Below, piece after piece: positions 35,596-44,595 of a stretch of 64,000 nucleotides of DNA. This DNA comes from Candidatus Harrisonbacteria bacterium (GTDB lineage Bacteria; Patescibacteriota; Minisyncoccia; UBA6257; 1-14-0-10-44-23). Positions within the stretch are counted from its first letter, which is position 1, and every line of letters starts with the position of its first letter. The notes below the pieces were generated by a model. The model saw only the letters and a list, made by a program, of their open reading frames with translations, was not told where the DNA came from and did no database searches. A program made the position numbers and the translations under genes. Location of the stretch: assembly GCA_023255625.1 (NCBI GenBank), contig JAHFLF010000001.1, positions 504,074-568,073 of the forward strand. Reading direction: 5' to 3'.

Positions 35596-36393
35596 ATGGA
35601 CATGCGCAAGAGTATCGCCGATCTTCACAGTCTCGGCGATCTGCTCCGGATTCCGCCGGAGCGTTGCTACGACATCGCGTACGACAGCATGGGACTCACA
35701 TCTGAAGAGTTCCGGCACCTCCTCGAGCTGTGCGGGGAATTCTGGCAGCACGACGGCTACATGAACCGGCCGCATGCGAAGCTCACGAGTGGCAAGCACA
35801 GCGACGGATTCGTGAATGTGCTGGGAGGCCTCCGCTTCCCGGTGTTCGCGCAGCTTGTCGCCTGCCATCTGTCGGCCGTGATCGCAAGGTCGTGGAAGCC
35901 ACGGCAGGAGGGCCTTGTGGTCATCGGTTCGAGTTACGCGGCGCTTTGTCTGGCTCACGATGTGGGCCGGCTGCTGCGCGCGGAGTCGACCGGCTTCACG
36001 GAGAAGGGGCCGGAAGTCGAGGAGGGCGGCAAGAAGCGCAAGACCCAGGTGTGGGATCGCTTCGCGATCCGGCCCGGCAAGGTCGTGCTCAATGTGGAAG
36101 ACCTCGTGACGACTTCCAGCACCTGTGTGGAGGTGCGGCGGGGGATTCGCGAGGGCAACGCGAACAAGTTCGGGGTGGCCGAGCCCGTGCAGTTCGCACC
36201 TCTCTTGGCGACGGTGGTGAATCGCTCGCCGGACGAGAAGTTCGAGGGCGCGCCGATCTTCTGCGTGGCGCGTTACAACATGGGCCAGTGGACGCCCGAC
36301 GAGTGTCCGCTCTGTCAGCAGGGTTCGCCGCTCATCGAGCGGCCCAAGAAGCAGTGGAAGGAGCTCACCGGCAGAGACCTTCCGATTCTCTAG
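35596..36393 (+). CDS. pyrE: Type-I phosphoribosyltransferase, orotate-PRTase-like (high-GC island)
   Basis: AAGGAG ribosome-binding site; KLTSGKHSDGFVNV (flexible-loop region) and the PRPP-binding motif VLNVEDLVTTSST; N- and C-terminal extensions including CPLCQ. Confidence 0.5.
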   Translation: MDMRKSIADLHSLGDLLRIPPERCYDIAYDSMGLTSEEFRHLLELCGEFWQHDGYMNRPHAKLTSGKHSDGFVNVLGGLRFPVFAQLVACHLSAVIARSWKPRQEGLVVIGSSYAALCLAHDVGRLLRAESTGFTEKGPEVEEGGKKRKTQVWDRFAIRPGKVVLNVEDLVTTSSTCVEVRRGIREGNANKFGVAEPVQFAPLLATVVNRSPDEKFEGAPIFCVARYNMGQWTPDECPLCQQGSPLIERPKKQWKELTGRDLPIL

Positions 36394-36431
36394 CCCGCGC
36401 CGCCTGACTAGCGACGCGGGTATCAGCAAAT

Positions 36432-36495
36432 CAGGGGTGGTGCGCATGAACCTCGAGTTCAAAAGCACCGCCCCTGACGCATTTTTATTTTTGAG
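36432..36495 (+). terminator. Rho-independent terminator closing the high-GC pyrF/pyrE-like island
   Basis: CAGGGGTGGTGC/GCACCGCCCCTG stem followed by ATTTTTATTTTT. Confidence 0.7.
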
Positions 36496-36688
36496 CTTGA
36501 TACTGCTCGTACTGCTGCTCAATCAAGGTTCTTTTTTTGATCCAAAAATGATAGCCACTCCAGCCGAGTCCAAGAATGATTAAAAATCCAATTAGAACTT
36601 TTAAAAAATGCGGATGTTCAATACTTTTTCTAAATCCATCGCCGATATGAGACATTTCTCTAGTATACTCTAATCTTCCCACAAGCAA
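36485..36688 (-). CDS. Small membrane protein (tentative)
   Basis: 67-aa ORF with one TM. Confidence 0.25.
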   Translation of the reverse strand: MLVGRLEYTREMSHIGDGFRKSIEHPHFLKVLIGFLIILGLGWSGYHFWIKKRTLIEQQYEQYQAQK

Positions 36689-36778
36689 AAATTTGTCGGT
36701 TTAATCCTCTCAAGGTTTATTCGTCTTTACTAATACAAGGTCGAATACTTGTAATAACGACATATATACATTACTGCT

Positions 36779-37732
36779 ATGCCAATTATCTTAATTGTTG
36801 CAGTTCTGCTTACCGGTGGTGTGACGGTCGCTGCAGAAAATTCAGTGCCGGGTAATCTGCTGTATCCGGTGAAGATTGAGGTGAACGAATCAGTGCGCGG
36901 TGCGCTCACTCTGACCGCGCAGGGTAAGGCGCAGTGGGAGGCGGATCAGGCGATTCGTCGTCTAGAAGAGGCGGCGGAATTAAGTGCCGAGCAGAAATTA
37001 GACGCACAGGCAAAAGTTGATTTAGAGAATGCATTTGTGGTGCATGAAAAGGCGGCCGAGGATAGAATTGTTGCATTATCAGAAGATGGCGATAATGAAG
37101 CAGCGGCGGAGGTGAGTGCGGATTTTGAGGCGCGGCTTAAGGCAAATGCCGATATCTTGAATCGGCTTGCTCAAAAAAGCCAGCCAGATGCAGCGGGTAA
37201 TGTTATTCTTCGTGTTAATGCGGCTATCGGTGCGCTAGGCCAGTTGCGGCTGGCTAGTGAAGCTGCTGTTGGCGCGCAGCCGGATGTTGATGTTGCGGCG
37301 CAGGGTGCTGCAAAGGCGGCGCGCAATAAGCTAGATGAGGCCAAATGGTTTATTGATCGGCGATCTGCACAGGTTAGCGCCGAGGTTAAGACGAAGGCGT
37401 ATGCAAAGCTAGATGCGGCCGAGCATGCTTATGTCGCAGCACAGGCGAAGTTTGATGCTAAGGCGTATGCTGATGCGTTTATCGAGTTTCGTTCAGCAAG
37501 CCGGCTGGCGCAGGAGGCCCAGGAATTTATTTCTGGCGAGCAGGAGCTTGAGGTCAAGCTGGATTTTGACGCCCGCAGCGATTTTCAGTCAGATGTTCAG
37601 GAAGACAATGCTAACGACGACGATCGCGATGACGCCCGGGTTGATCTTTCTGCTGGTGCTGATGCGAAAGCAGATGATAATGCGTTAAATGGCAGGGCTG
37701 ATGGTCAGATGAAGATTGATCTCGGGTACTAA
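36779..37732 (+). CDS. Secreted DUF5667-like protein, Ala-rich with acidic C-terminal tail
   Basis: N-terminal PGNLLYPVKI...E..R..L motif characteristic of DUF5667. Confidence 0.55.
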   Translation: MPIILIVAVLLTGGVTVAAENSVPGNLLYPVKIEVNESVRGALTLTAQGKAQWEADQAIRRLEEAAELSAEQKLDAQAKVDLENAFVVHEKAAEDRIVALSEDGDNEAAAEVSADFEARLKANADILNRLAQKSQPDAAGNVILRVNAAIGALGQLRLASEAAVGAQPDVDVAAQGAAKAARNKLDEAKWFIDRRSAQVSAEVKTKAYAKLDAAEHAYVAAQAKFDAKAYADAFIEFRSASRLAQEAQEFISGEQELEVKLDFDARSDFQSDVQEDNANDDDRDDARVDLSAGADAKADDNALNGRADGQMKIDLGY

Positions 37733-37747
37733 GTTGTATTTGACTGG

Positions 37748-37786
37748 TCAACGAGCCCGCATGGTGCGGGCTCGTTGAGTTTTCTG
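37748..37786 (+). terminator. Rho-independent terminator
   Basis: CAACGAGCCCGCA/TGCGGGCTCGTTG stem followed by AGTTTTCTG. Confidence 0.65.
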
Positions 37787-37822
37787 GTCGCTTTATGTTA
37801 TTCTGCAGCTACAAAATCAAAT

Positions 37823-38485
37823 ATGAAGAGTGTTCAAATCAAGAATTCAATTAATAAAAGAGTCGGTGTTTCGAGCGATCCTGTTCCCACTTGGCTTGCC
37901 TGTACCTGGCTGCGAACCCCCTGCGGTAAGAAGAGTTGTGCCGTCTGCGGTGTTTTAGCAGACGAGCGGGTGCGGCTTATGACCCAGGGCATGCACGAGG
38001 AGGAAATGCTTGATATTTTAGACGATCTGCGCGAGAGCGTGGCCGATGCTTTTTTGCTGCTGGCTGACAAGATTGATTTGAAAAGGAGCAGTAATCGAAT
38101 TTATTCTACCCGCAGTCCGCACCGTTTTTCAATTTTCCGTTTGCTGGACAGCTGGCACGAGCTTCTGCACGATATTTTTGATGAGGCGGAGATTAATGCC
38201 AGTTGGTGGCTAGAGAGCAGCGACGCTGCAGATGCGGATTGGTATACGCATGTGTTACTAGAATATTTGTATCGCTTGCTTTCATATCGTTGCAGTAGCA
38301 AGTTTTCAGTCAGAAGCAAGCCGACATTCGGAAATATATATGCGCAGTCAGTTGTCATTACTGCGTCAGAAATTGTTGCGAAGTGTTTGCATTCACTGGC
38401 CCTGCTCGATTCGTCAGAAAAAGGATCGCTGCTGCGAATGAGCGGACGGTTCGATGAGTTGCACTCTAAACTTTTACTTTTATGA
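37823..38485 (+). CDS. Hypothetical protein (CxxC pair near N-terminus)
   Basis: ORF; start moved downstream of the terminator hairpin. Confidence 0.4.
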   Translation: MKSVQIKNSINKRVGVSSDPVPTWLACTWLRTPCGKKSCAVCGVLADERVRLMTQGMHEEEMLDILDDLRESVADAFLLLADKIDLKRSSNRIYSTRSPHRFSIFRLLDSWHELLHDIFDEAEINASWWLESSDAADADWYTHVLLEYLYRLLSYRCSSKFSVRSKPTFGNIYAQSVVITASEIVAKCLHSLALLDSSEKGSLLRMSGRFDELHSKLLLL

Positions 38486-39210
38486 CCGCAGCGACTGTTC
38501 AGCGCAAGTTGCGCGAATTTGCTAGCCCGCGGCGAGCTAATATGGCCCGGCGGTATTTCAAGCCCGGTCTCGGAGGATATGGCGAGGGAGATAAATTTAT
38601 TGGTGTATCTCTGCCGAACTTGCGTCGAGTTGCCCATGATTACCTACTGCTTTCCCGAACAGAGCTTCGAGAATTGCTACATTCTAGAATTCACGATGAA
38701 CGGTGTCTGGCGCTGATTATTTTAACCGAGCAGTTTGCCCGCGCCGGTGAGCATGACCGAGAGGCGATTTACAATTTATATCTACTGAATACGAAATATA
38801 TTAATAATTGGGATTTGGTGGATATTTCGGCGACTAAGATTGTCGGCGAGTACCACTATGCCCTTATTCGAACGAATAAGGGCATAGTTTCGGATGTGTT
38901 TTTGCGTTTGGCCAGGTCAAAAAATATTTGGGAACGGCGCATTGCTATGCTCGCAACATTTGCCTTCATAAAGCGCAAAGAGGCAACTCAAGCCCTGGCC
39001 ATTGCCGATATTCTGCGCCACGACACGCACCATCTTATCCACAAAGCAGTTGGTTGGATGCTACGCGAGGTCGGCAAGAACTGTTCTATGGCAACCCTTG
39101 AGCGCTACCTCAAGCCCCGTTACAAGCGCATGCCCCGTACCATGCTCCGCTACGCCATCGAGCGCTTGCCATCTCGCCGCCGTGCGCAGTATTTGGAAGG
39201 TAAAGTATAA
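38482..39210 (+). CDS. DNA alkylation repair protein (AlkD/AlkC-like HEAT-repeat glycosylase family)
   Basis: 242 aa, all-helical, matching the DNA_alkylation family pattern. Confidence 0.65.
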   Translation: MTAATVQRKLREFASPRRANMARRYFKPGLGGYGEGDKFIGVSLPNLRRVAHDYLLLSRTELRELLHSRIHDERCLALIILTEQFARAGEHDREAIYNLYLLNTKYINNWDLVDISATKIVGEYHYALIRTNKGIVSDVFLRLARSKNIWERRIAMLATFAFIKRKEATQALAIADILRHDTHHLIHKAVGWMLREVGKNCSMATLERYLKPRYKRMPRTMLRYAIERLPSRRRAQYLEGKV

Positions 39211-39231
39211 ATATCAGGATTAATATCCGAC

Positions 39232-39876
39232 TTGCCATCGGTTCAGTCGTGGCGCTACAATCAATTTATGGATAATCCGCAGCAAGAAATTATAGTTGAG
39301 CCGTCGCAGCCGCGCCGAGCATCATTTTTGGTGAAAACAGTTCTTGGTATCGTTATTTTTATCGGTTTGGCCTGGGGCTTGAGCGCTCTGCGCGAGAAGC
39401 CGCCGCAGCAATTCGTAGAAAATGAATTAAGTGAAACGGCTATTTCTTCGGCGAATAGCTATAGCTTATTCCAGCCAATAGCTGCCGGCGGAGAAAAATA
39501 TACACTCGAGGGCGTTGACTGGAGTTTTGAAGATCAGGGCGCTACAGAACAAGGATTACCGATTACAAAGGTGCGGTTGCAGCTGATTGGTTTGAAACGC
39601 GGTTCAGTTGCGATTGATGTTGCTAAGTACCGCCTCGGCACATATCGAGGCAGCTGTGCCTCTGTAGATCCTGTTGTTTATTCTTCGTCGACTGCTGATC
39701 GCGGCGCGTTAGCATTCGCAGAGTGCCGGTTTGGAGGAGTCGGCAGACAACTCGGTGTTTTTCAGGGCGGGAATTTTTTGTTAGTCAAAGCCCGGGCTGA
39801 TGAAAAAGAGGGCGGAATGAATGATCAGATGACAACGATTTTGACTATAGATGTGCCGAATATTGTTGAGCGCTAG
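39232..39876 (+). CDS. Membrane-anchored hypothetical protein
   Basis: ORF with an N-terminal TM. Confidence 0.4.
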   Translation: MPSVQSWRYNQFMDNPQQEIIVEPSQPRRASFLVKTVLGIVIFIGLAWGLSALREKPPQQFVENELSETAISSANSYSLFQPIAAGGEKYTLEGVDWSFEDQGATEQGLPITKVRLQLIGLKRGSVAIDVAKYRLGTYRGSCASVDPVVYSSSTADRGALAFAECRFGGVGRQLGVFQGGNFLLVKARADEKEGGMNDQMTTILTIDVPNIVER

Positions 39877-39927
39877 CGATTATTTTATGGTATCATTCGC
39901 ATTATTAGCTATATTTGCATTTATTTT

Positions 39928-40569
39928 ATGAAAAGATACGCACTACCAATCAGCATTCTAGTTGTGATTATCATTTTGATTGGGCTCACTTTTTTGGGCG
40001 GTTCAAGCGCACCAGATTACACAAGCGGCATCGCTACAGAGCCGGAGTTATCGCAGGAGTGGGTGCGTGGCAATCCCAATGCAGCCGTGAAATTAATCGA
40101 ATATAGTGATTTTCAGTGTCCGGCCTGCCGTAGTTATTACGGACTCGTGAAACAACTCGAGACAGAATATGGAGATAGAGTCGCTTTCGTCTACCGCCAT
40201 TATCCTTTATATCAGATTCATGCTAACGCCGATTATGCCGCCAGAGTTTCCGAGGCCGCCGGAGTGCAGGGCAAGTTTTGGGAAATGCACGATCAGCTTT
40301 TTGAATCCCAGGGGGATTGGGACAAGCTGCTTGATCCAGGCAAGACATTTGCCAAGTATGCGACCGAGCTCGGTTTAGACGCGGATAAGCTGATGAGCGA
40401 TAGTGAAAGCACCGAGGTTCGCCAAGAGGTTGCAAATGATTATCAACGCGGGCAGCGAATCGGTGTTGCAGGTACGCCCACCTTTATTGTCGGCGGTGCG
40501 AAGATTTCGAATCCCGGCTCGCTCGAGGAATTTCAAGCTGTCTTGAATTTGGTTTTAGGAACCAAATAA
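39928..40569 (+). CDS. DsbA-like thioredoxin-fold thiol:disulfide oxidoreductase
   Basis: Signal anchor plus the CPAC active site (DFQCPACRSYY). Confidence 0.75.
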   Translation: MKRYALPISILVVIIILIGLTFLGGSSAPDYTSGIATEPELSQEWVRGNPNAAVKLIEYSDFQCPACRSYYGLVKQLETEYGDRVAFVYRHYPLYQIHANADYAARVSEAAGVQGKFWEMHDQLFESQGDWDKLLDPGKTFAKYATELGLDADKLMSDSESTEVRQEVANDYQRGQRIGVAGTPTFIVGGAKISNPGSLEEFQAVLNLVLGTK

Positions 40570-40585
40570 TCATTCTTATATTGCA

Positions 40586-41164
40586 ATGCAATTTAAACGA
40601 CCAGAGCCAGGGCAGAGGCGTCCGGCGGATGCGGAGCGCGTTTTTAAGGGCATTATTTTTGATGTGTATCAGTGGCGGCAGAAGATGTTTGACGGTTCGC
40701 TGGCAACTTTTGAACAATTGAGCAGGCCAGATACAACCGAGGTCATCTCTGTACTGCCAAACGGAAAAATCTTAGTAATTGAAGAGGAGCAGCCGGGCAA
40801 GCCGCCATTTTTATCGTTGCCTGGCGGTCGGCTTGAACTGGGCGAGGATCCAGCTGCTGCCGCGCTCCGCGAGCTTCACGAAGAAACCGGATATACGGCC
40901 AAGGAGATCGCGCTTTGGACCGCAGTGCAGCCAGTCGGTAAAATTGACTGGGCAATTTTTACTTTTATTGCGCGAGGAGTTGCTAAGGAGGGCCTGCCAC
41001 ATCTTGATGTGGGCGAAAAGATAACCGTGCACGAAATGAGTTTTGACGAGTTTTTGGAGGCGGCGCGTCAGGGCCGACTGTGGGATCACCTTGCTCTGCA
41101 TGCGTATCGTGCCGCCGACGACCCCGCCTACTACACCGAGCTAAAAAAGCTATTTGGAGTATAA
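40586..41164 (+). CDS. NUDIX hydrolase
   Basis: Nudix box GGRLELGEDPAAAALRELHEETG. Confidence 0.8.
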   Translation: MQFKRPEPGQRRPADAERVFKGIIFDVYQWRQKMFDGSLATFEQLSRPDTTEVISVLPNGKILVIEEEQPGKPPFLSLPGGRLELGEDPAAAALRELHEETGYTAKEIALWTAVQPVGKIDWAIFTFIARGVAKEGLPHLDVGEKITVHEMSFDEFLEAARQGRLWDHLALHAYRAADDPAYYTELKKLFGV

Positions 41165-41381
41165 TATAGATACGCTTACGAGTAGCGCACGCGAATCTTA
41201 TATGAGTTGGAAACTTGGCGTTCAGAAAAATCCGAAAATTATAGTTTTAGTAATTATTTTCGTTGCCTTGGGATTTGTGGCAACATTGCTGGCCAGCCAG
41301 TGTTCTTTTTTTGAGAAATGTATTGCGCCGAACTACGATCCAGCGCTTGTTTTGAATCAGCAGTGGCCCGCTTCTTTTTAA
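41154..41381 (+). CDS. Small membrane protein (tentative)
   Basis: ORF with one TM. Confidence 0.25.
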   Translation: MEYNIDTLTSSARESYMSWKLGVQKNPKIIVLVIIFVALGFVATLLASQCSFFEKCIAPNYDPALVLNQQWPASF

Positions 41382-41415
41382 TTACACCGGCTCGTGTTAG
41401 GGTAATTAAAGTTTT

Positions 41416-43380
41416 ATGTATTCGCATAAAAAATTTGAACTTGTATCAGATTATGTTCCATCGGGTGACCAGCCCGGGGCTATTCAGCAATTAGTAAGCG
41501 GTTTAGAAAAAGGCAAGCGTTATCAAACGCTTCTTGGGGTAACCGGCTCGGGCAAGACCTTTACCATGGCGAATGTCATTGAAAAGATTCAGAAGCCGAC
41601 GCTCGTTATCGCGCCGAACAAAACTTTAGCAGCGCAGCTGTATCAGGAGTATCAGGCATTTTTTCCGCACAACAAAGTTTGCTATTTTGTGAGCTACTAC
41701 GATTACTACCAGCCAGAGGCGTATTTGCCGGTTACTGACACCTACATTGAAAAAGAGGCGATGATCAACGAGGAGATTGACCGCTTCCGCCATGTTGCGA
41801 CCTCTTCGCTTTTAACGCGCAGCGATGTCATCGTTGTTGCCTCGGTCTCCTGTATCTATAACCTCGGCGTGCCGGAAAACTATTTTGATTCCATTATTGG
41901 GCTTGAGGTTGGGCGCGCAATCACGAGGGGAGACTTAATGAAATGGTTAATTAAAATCGGATTTACGCGCAACAACATTGGTGCCAAGCGCGGCACATTT
42001 CGTATCCGCGGGGATGTGTTTGAGGTCTATCCGGCAGCCGAAGCAGTGACTTATAAAATTACGCTTTCGCCGGAACAAGCCGTGACCGAACTCGCCGTCG
42101 TGGATACGCTCACGCGTAAAGTCAAAGAACAATTAAAAGATTTAATCATCTTCCCGCCAAAACATTTTGTTACAACGATGCCAGAGCGGGAGCGTGCCAT
42201 AAAAGATATTAAGGCCGAGTTGAAAGAACGGCTGAAATATTTAGAAAAAAATAAGTTGCTGCTGGAAGCGGAGCGGCTACAGCGGCGCACAAAATATGAT
42301 GTTGAGATGATCGGAACACTTGGCTTTTGCCACGGTATTGAAAATTATTCACGGCACTTGTCTGGCAAGCCGCCTGGATCGCCGCCCGATTCTTTGATGT
42401 CGTACTTTCCGAAAGATAAGAACGGCAAGCCGGATTTTTTGACTATTATTGATGAAAGTCATATCGCCGTGCCGCAGATTGCAGGCATGTACGCCGGCGA
42501 CCAGGCGCGTAAAAAAACGCTGGTTGAATTTGGCTGGCGTCTGCCATCCGCCATGGATAACCGCCCGCTTTCATTTAAGGAAATTTTTGGGCAGGAGTTT
42601 TCCGCCGGAGGCGGATCCGCCTCCGGCGGAGAGGAGCGCATCGGCCAGACGATTTTTACTTCCGCCACGCCGGCGCAGTATGAAAAAGAGCATGCATCAC
42701 AAGTCGTTGAGCAGATCGTCCGCCCGACTGGGCTTGTTGATCCGCCGATTGAGGTGCGCCCGGTTTATTCTCCCTTTCCTAAAGGGAGTACCGCACAAGC
42801 GGGGAGGGATTTAAATCCTCCGTCCGGAGTACCGGCCACCTCCTTTAAGAAAGGAGGAATAAAACAGTGGACCCAGATCGACGATGTCATCGCTGAAACC
42901 ACCGCGAATATTAAAAAAGGCGAGAAGACCTTAATTATCACGCTGACCAAAAAACAGTCCGAGGAGCTAGCGCAGTTTTTAACTGACAAAGGATTCCGTG
43001 CCAAATTTATGCATTCAGATACGCTTACTATGGAACGCACCGAAATTTTGAAAGGCCTACGCAGCAACGAGTTTGATGTATTGATCGGCGTGAACTTATT
43101 GCGTGAAGGGTTAGACTTGCCCGAAGTTTCGCTCGTGGCAATTTTAGACGCCGACCGCGAAGGATTTTTGCGCTCCGAAGTCTCGCTCATCCAAACCATG
43201 GGCCGTGCTGCGCGTAACCTTGGTGGCCGCGTTATTTTGTATGCTGATACCATGACCGGCTCCATGAAACGGGCGATGGACGAGTGCACCCGCCGCCGAG
43301 CAATCCAGCTGGAATACAACCGCAAACATAAGATAACACCTAAGTCTATTAAAAAAGAAATAAGAGAGTTTGGTCAGTAG
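41416..43380 (+). CDS. uvrB: Excinuclease ABC subunit B
   Basis: GVTGSGKTF, beta-hairpin region, DESH, helicase motifs and overall collinearity with UvrB; carries two in-frame palindromic insertions (42601..42630 and about 42762..42860). Confidence 0.9.
   Translation: MYSHKKFELVSDYVPSGDQPGAIQQLVSGLEKGKRYQTLLGVTGSGKTFTMANVIEKIQKPTLVIAPNKTLAAQLYQEYQAFFPHNKVCYFVSYYDYYQPEAYLPVTDTYIEKEAMINEEIDRFRHVATSSLLTRSDVIVVASVSCIYNLGVPENYFDSIIGLEVGRAITRGDLMKWLIKIGFTRNNIGAKRGTFRIRGDVFEVYPAAEAVTYKITLSPEQAVTELAVVDTLTRKVKEQLKDLIIFPPKHFVTTMPERERAIKDIKAELKERLKYLEKNKLLLEAERLQRRTKYDVEMIGTLGFCHGIENYSRHLSGKPPGSPPDSLMSYFPKDKNGKPDFLTIIDESHIAVPQIAGMYAGDQARKKTLVEFGWRLPSAMDNRPLSFKEIFGQEFSAGGGSASGGEERIGQTIFTSATPAQYEKEHASQVVEQIVRPTGLVDPPIEVRPVYSPFPKGSTAQAGRDLNPPSGVPATSFKKGGIKQWTQIDDVIAETTANIKKGEKTLIITLTKKQSEELAQFLTDKGFRAKFMHSDTLTMERTEILKGLRSNEFDVLIGVNLLREGLDLPEVSLVAILDADREGFLRSEVSLIQTMGRAARNLGGRVILYADTMTGSMKRAMDECTRRRAIQLEYNRKHKITPKSIKKEIREFGQ
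42601..42630. repeat. 30-bp perfect palindrome TCCGCCGGAGGCGGATCCGCCTCCGGCGGA, in-frame in uvrB (encodes SAGGGSASGG)
   Basis: Seen directly; identical copy in dus (60020..60049) and a near-identical copy in nfo (56058..56087). Confidence 0.85.
42762..42860. repeat. Roughly 100-nt in-frame insertion in uvrB made of three consecutive small palindromes
   Basis: Hairpins CTCCC..GGGAG, GGAGGGATTTAAATCCTCC, CCTCCTTTAAGAAAGGAGG; insertion of about 33 aa between the conserved IEVRPV and TQIDDV blocks relative to canonical UvrB. Confidence 0.4.
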
Positions 43381-43623
43381 CATAAAACCTGCCCCGTAAT
43401 GAATCAGCAGATTCTACTACCGGGGTTACCCCGCGTGGTATCACAAAGGGGATTCGGGAGTTTGGGGCGTAATTTGTTTGACAAGTTTTAACGAGGGTGT
43501 ATTATATTCTCTACATGTTTAGATCAATAATCACTACTAAGTGTACGACTACCAAGACTCTCTCCTGCGAGTGGGTGGTTATTTCTATGGTTTAACATTT
43601 TTAGAACCAACGAAATTTTTTAA

Positions 43624-43656
43624 AACCGCTCTATCGCCGAGAGCGGTTTTTGTTTG
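43624..43656 (+). terminator. Rho-independent terminator
   Basis: AAACCGCTCT/AGAGCGGTTT stem followed by a T-run. Confidence 0.6.
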
Positions 43657-43733
43657 CGTGCTGGATTCTGTCTCTCGCTGGAGCGAGAGACAAGGCGGGA
43701 GACAGAATCAGTTCGTGAAATAGGAGGTTCAGC

Positions 43734-44543
43734 ATGTCTGGTGAACGGTTTTATGTCGATCAAGATGCCGCAGCAGAGATGCTGCGCACCCGCACCCCAC
43801 TCCGGGATCGGGTGGAGTGCTGGTGGGCACAGCAGGGGTTCGCCTTCCCCGATGTCTTCGCTCGTCATCATCAGATCGGCTTCGTTTCGCGACACCTGGC
43901 CACGGCGCGGTTTGAGGACGCGGCCTTCGTCGTGATGGCGGAGCTGATGGGGCTGCGGCCCGTCTGGTCCACCTACATCGGTGATGAGTTCGTCACCTTC
44001 TCGCCGGTCAAGTGCTCGTATGTGCAGCCCCTCGTGTTCGATCGGTTCGCCGGCAAGCCCGATAAGCCAGAACCGGTTCTTCGCAAGGTTCGTCTTGCGA
44101 ATCCAGAGTGCTGTCAGGGCGAGCGACTCAACAGGATCATGGTGCAGGGCGGCAGTTCGCTCGTCGCGTGGCACCAGAACCGGCTTCTCACGATGTACCC
44201 AGGTGCGCTCGTCACGGATCCGACCGAGATCTATCGGCGTCTCGGTGGTGCGCGCAACTACTATGTCTTCCTCCTGTCGCTCGCGGCGGCGCATGGCGTC
44301 CTCTTCGAGGATTTCCATGGAGGCGAGACGGGGGAGCCACTGATGAAGTTCACGCGGGAGATCTTTGAACCCGCGTTCGACAAGGTCGCCGAGCTGTTTG
44401 GCGCACCACCGGTGGTGGTCCGGCTCCCGTGGTGGCGCGAACTCGGTTACTATGTGTCTGAAGCAGATCTCGTGAACGGATGGAGAGACAGCCCGGCGCT
44501 CAAGCATCTCGCCAGGGCGCACAGCCCTTGCGCTCGGATGTAG
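43734..44543 (+). CDS. GC-rich hypothetical protein (269 aa), unknown function
   Basis: AGGAGG ribosome-binding site; nested inverted repeats in the 5' leader; about 62% GC. Confidence 0.5.
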   Translation: MSGERFYVDQDAAAEMLRTRTPLRDRVECWWAQQGFAFPDVFARHHQIGFVSRHLATARFEDAAFVVMAELMGLRPVWSTYIGDEFVTFSPVKCSYVQPLVFDRFAGKPDKPEPVLRKVRLANPECCQGERLNRIMVQGGSSLVAWHQNRLLTMYPGALVTDPTEIYRRLGGARNYYVFLLSLAAAHGVLFEDFHGGETGEPLMKFTREIFEPAFDKVAELFGAPPVVVRLPWWRELGYYVSEADLVNGWRDSPALKHLARAHSPCARM

Positions 44544-44595
44544 CGGACTCGCACGAGGGGCGGTTACGGCCGCCCCTCAAAAAATAATTCATATT

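Noticed and set aside
34631-36522. Long minus-strand ORFs (34631..35578, 35563..36522) and extra plus-frame ORFs (35730..36407, 35915..36109, 34966..35487) in the high-GC island
   Set aside because: High-GC DNA keeps all frames open. Their translations are Arg/Asp/Leu-rich low-complexity with no RBS, whereas the chosen plus-strand frames show recognisable PyrF-like and PRTase-like motifs and AAGGAG ribosome-binding sites.
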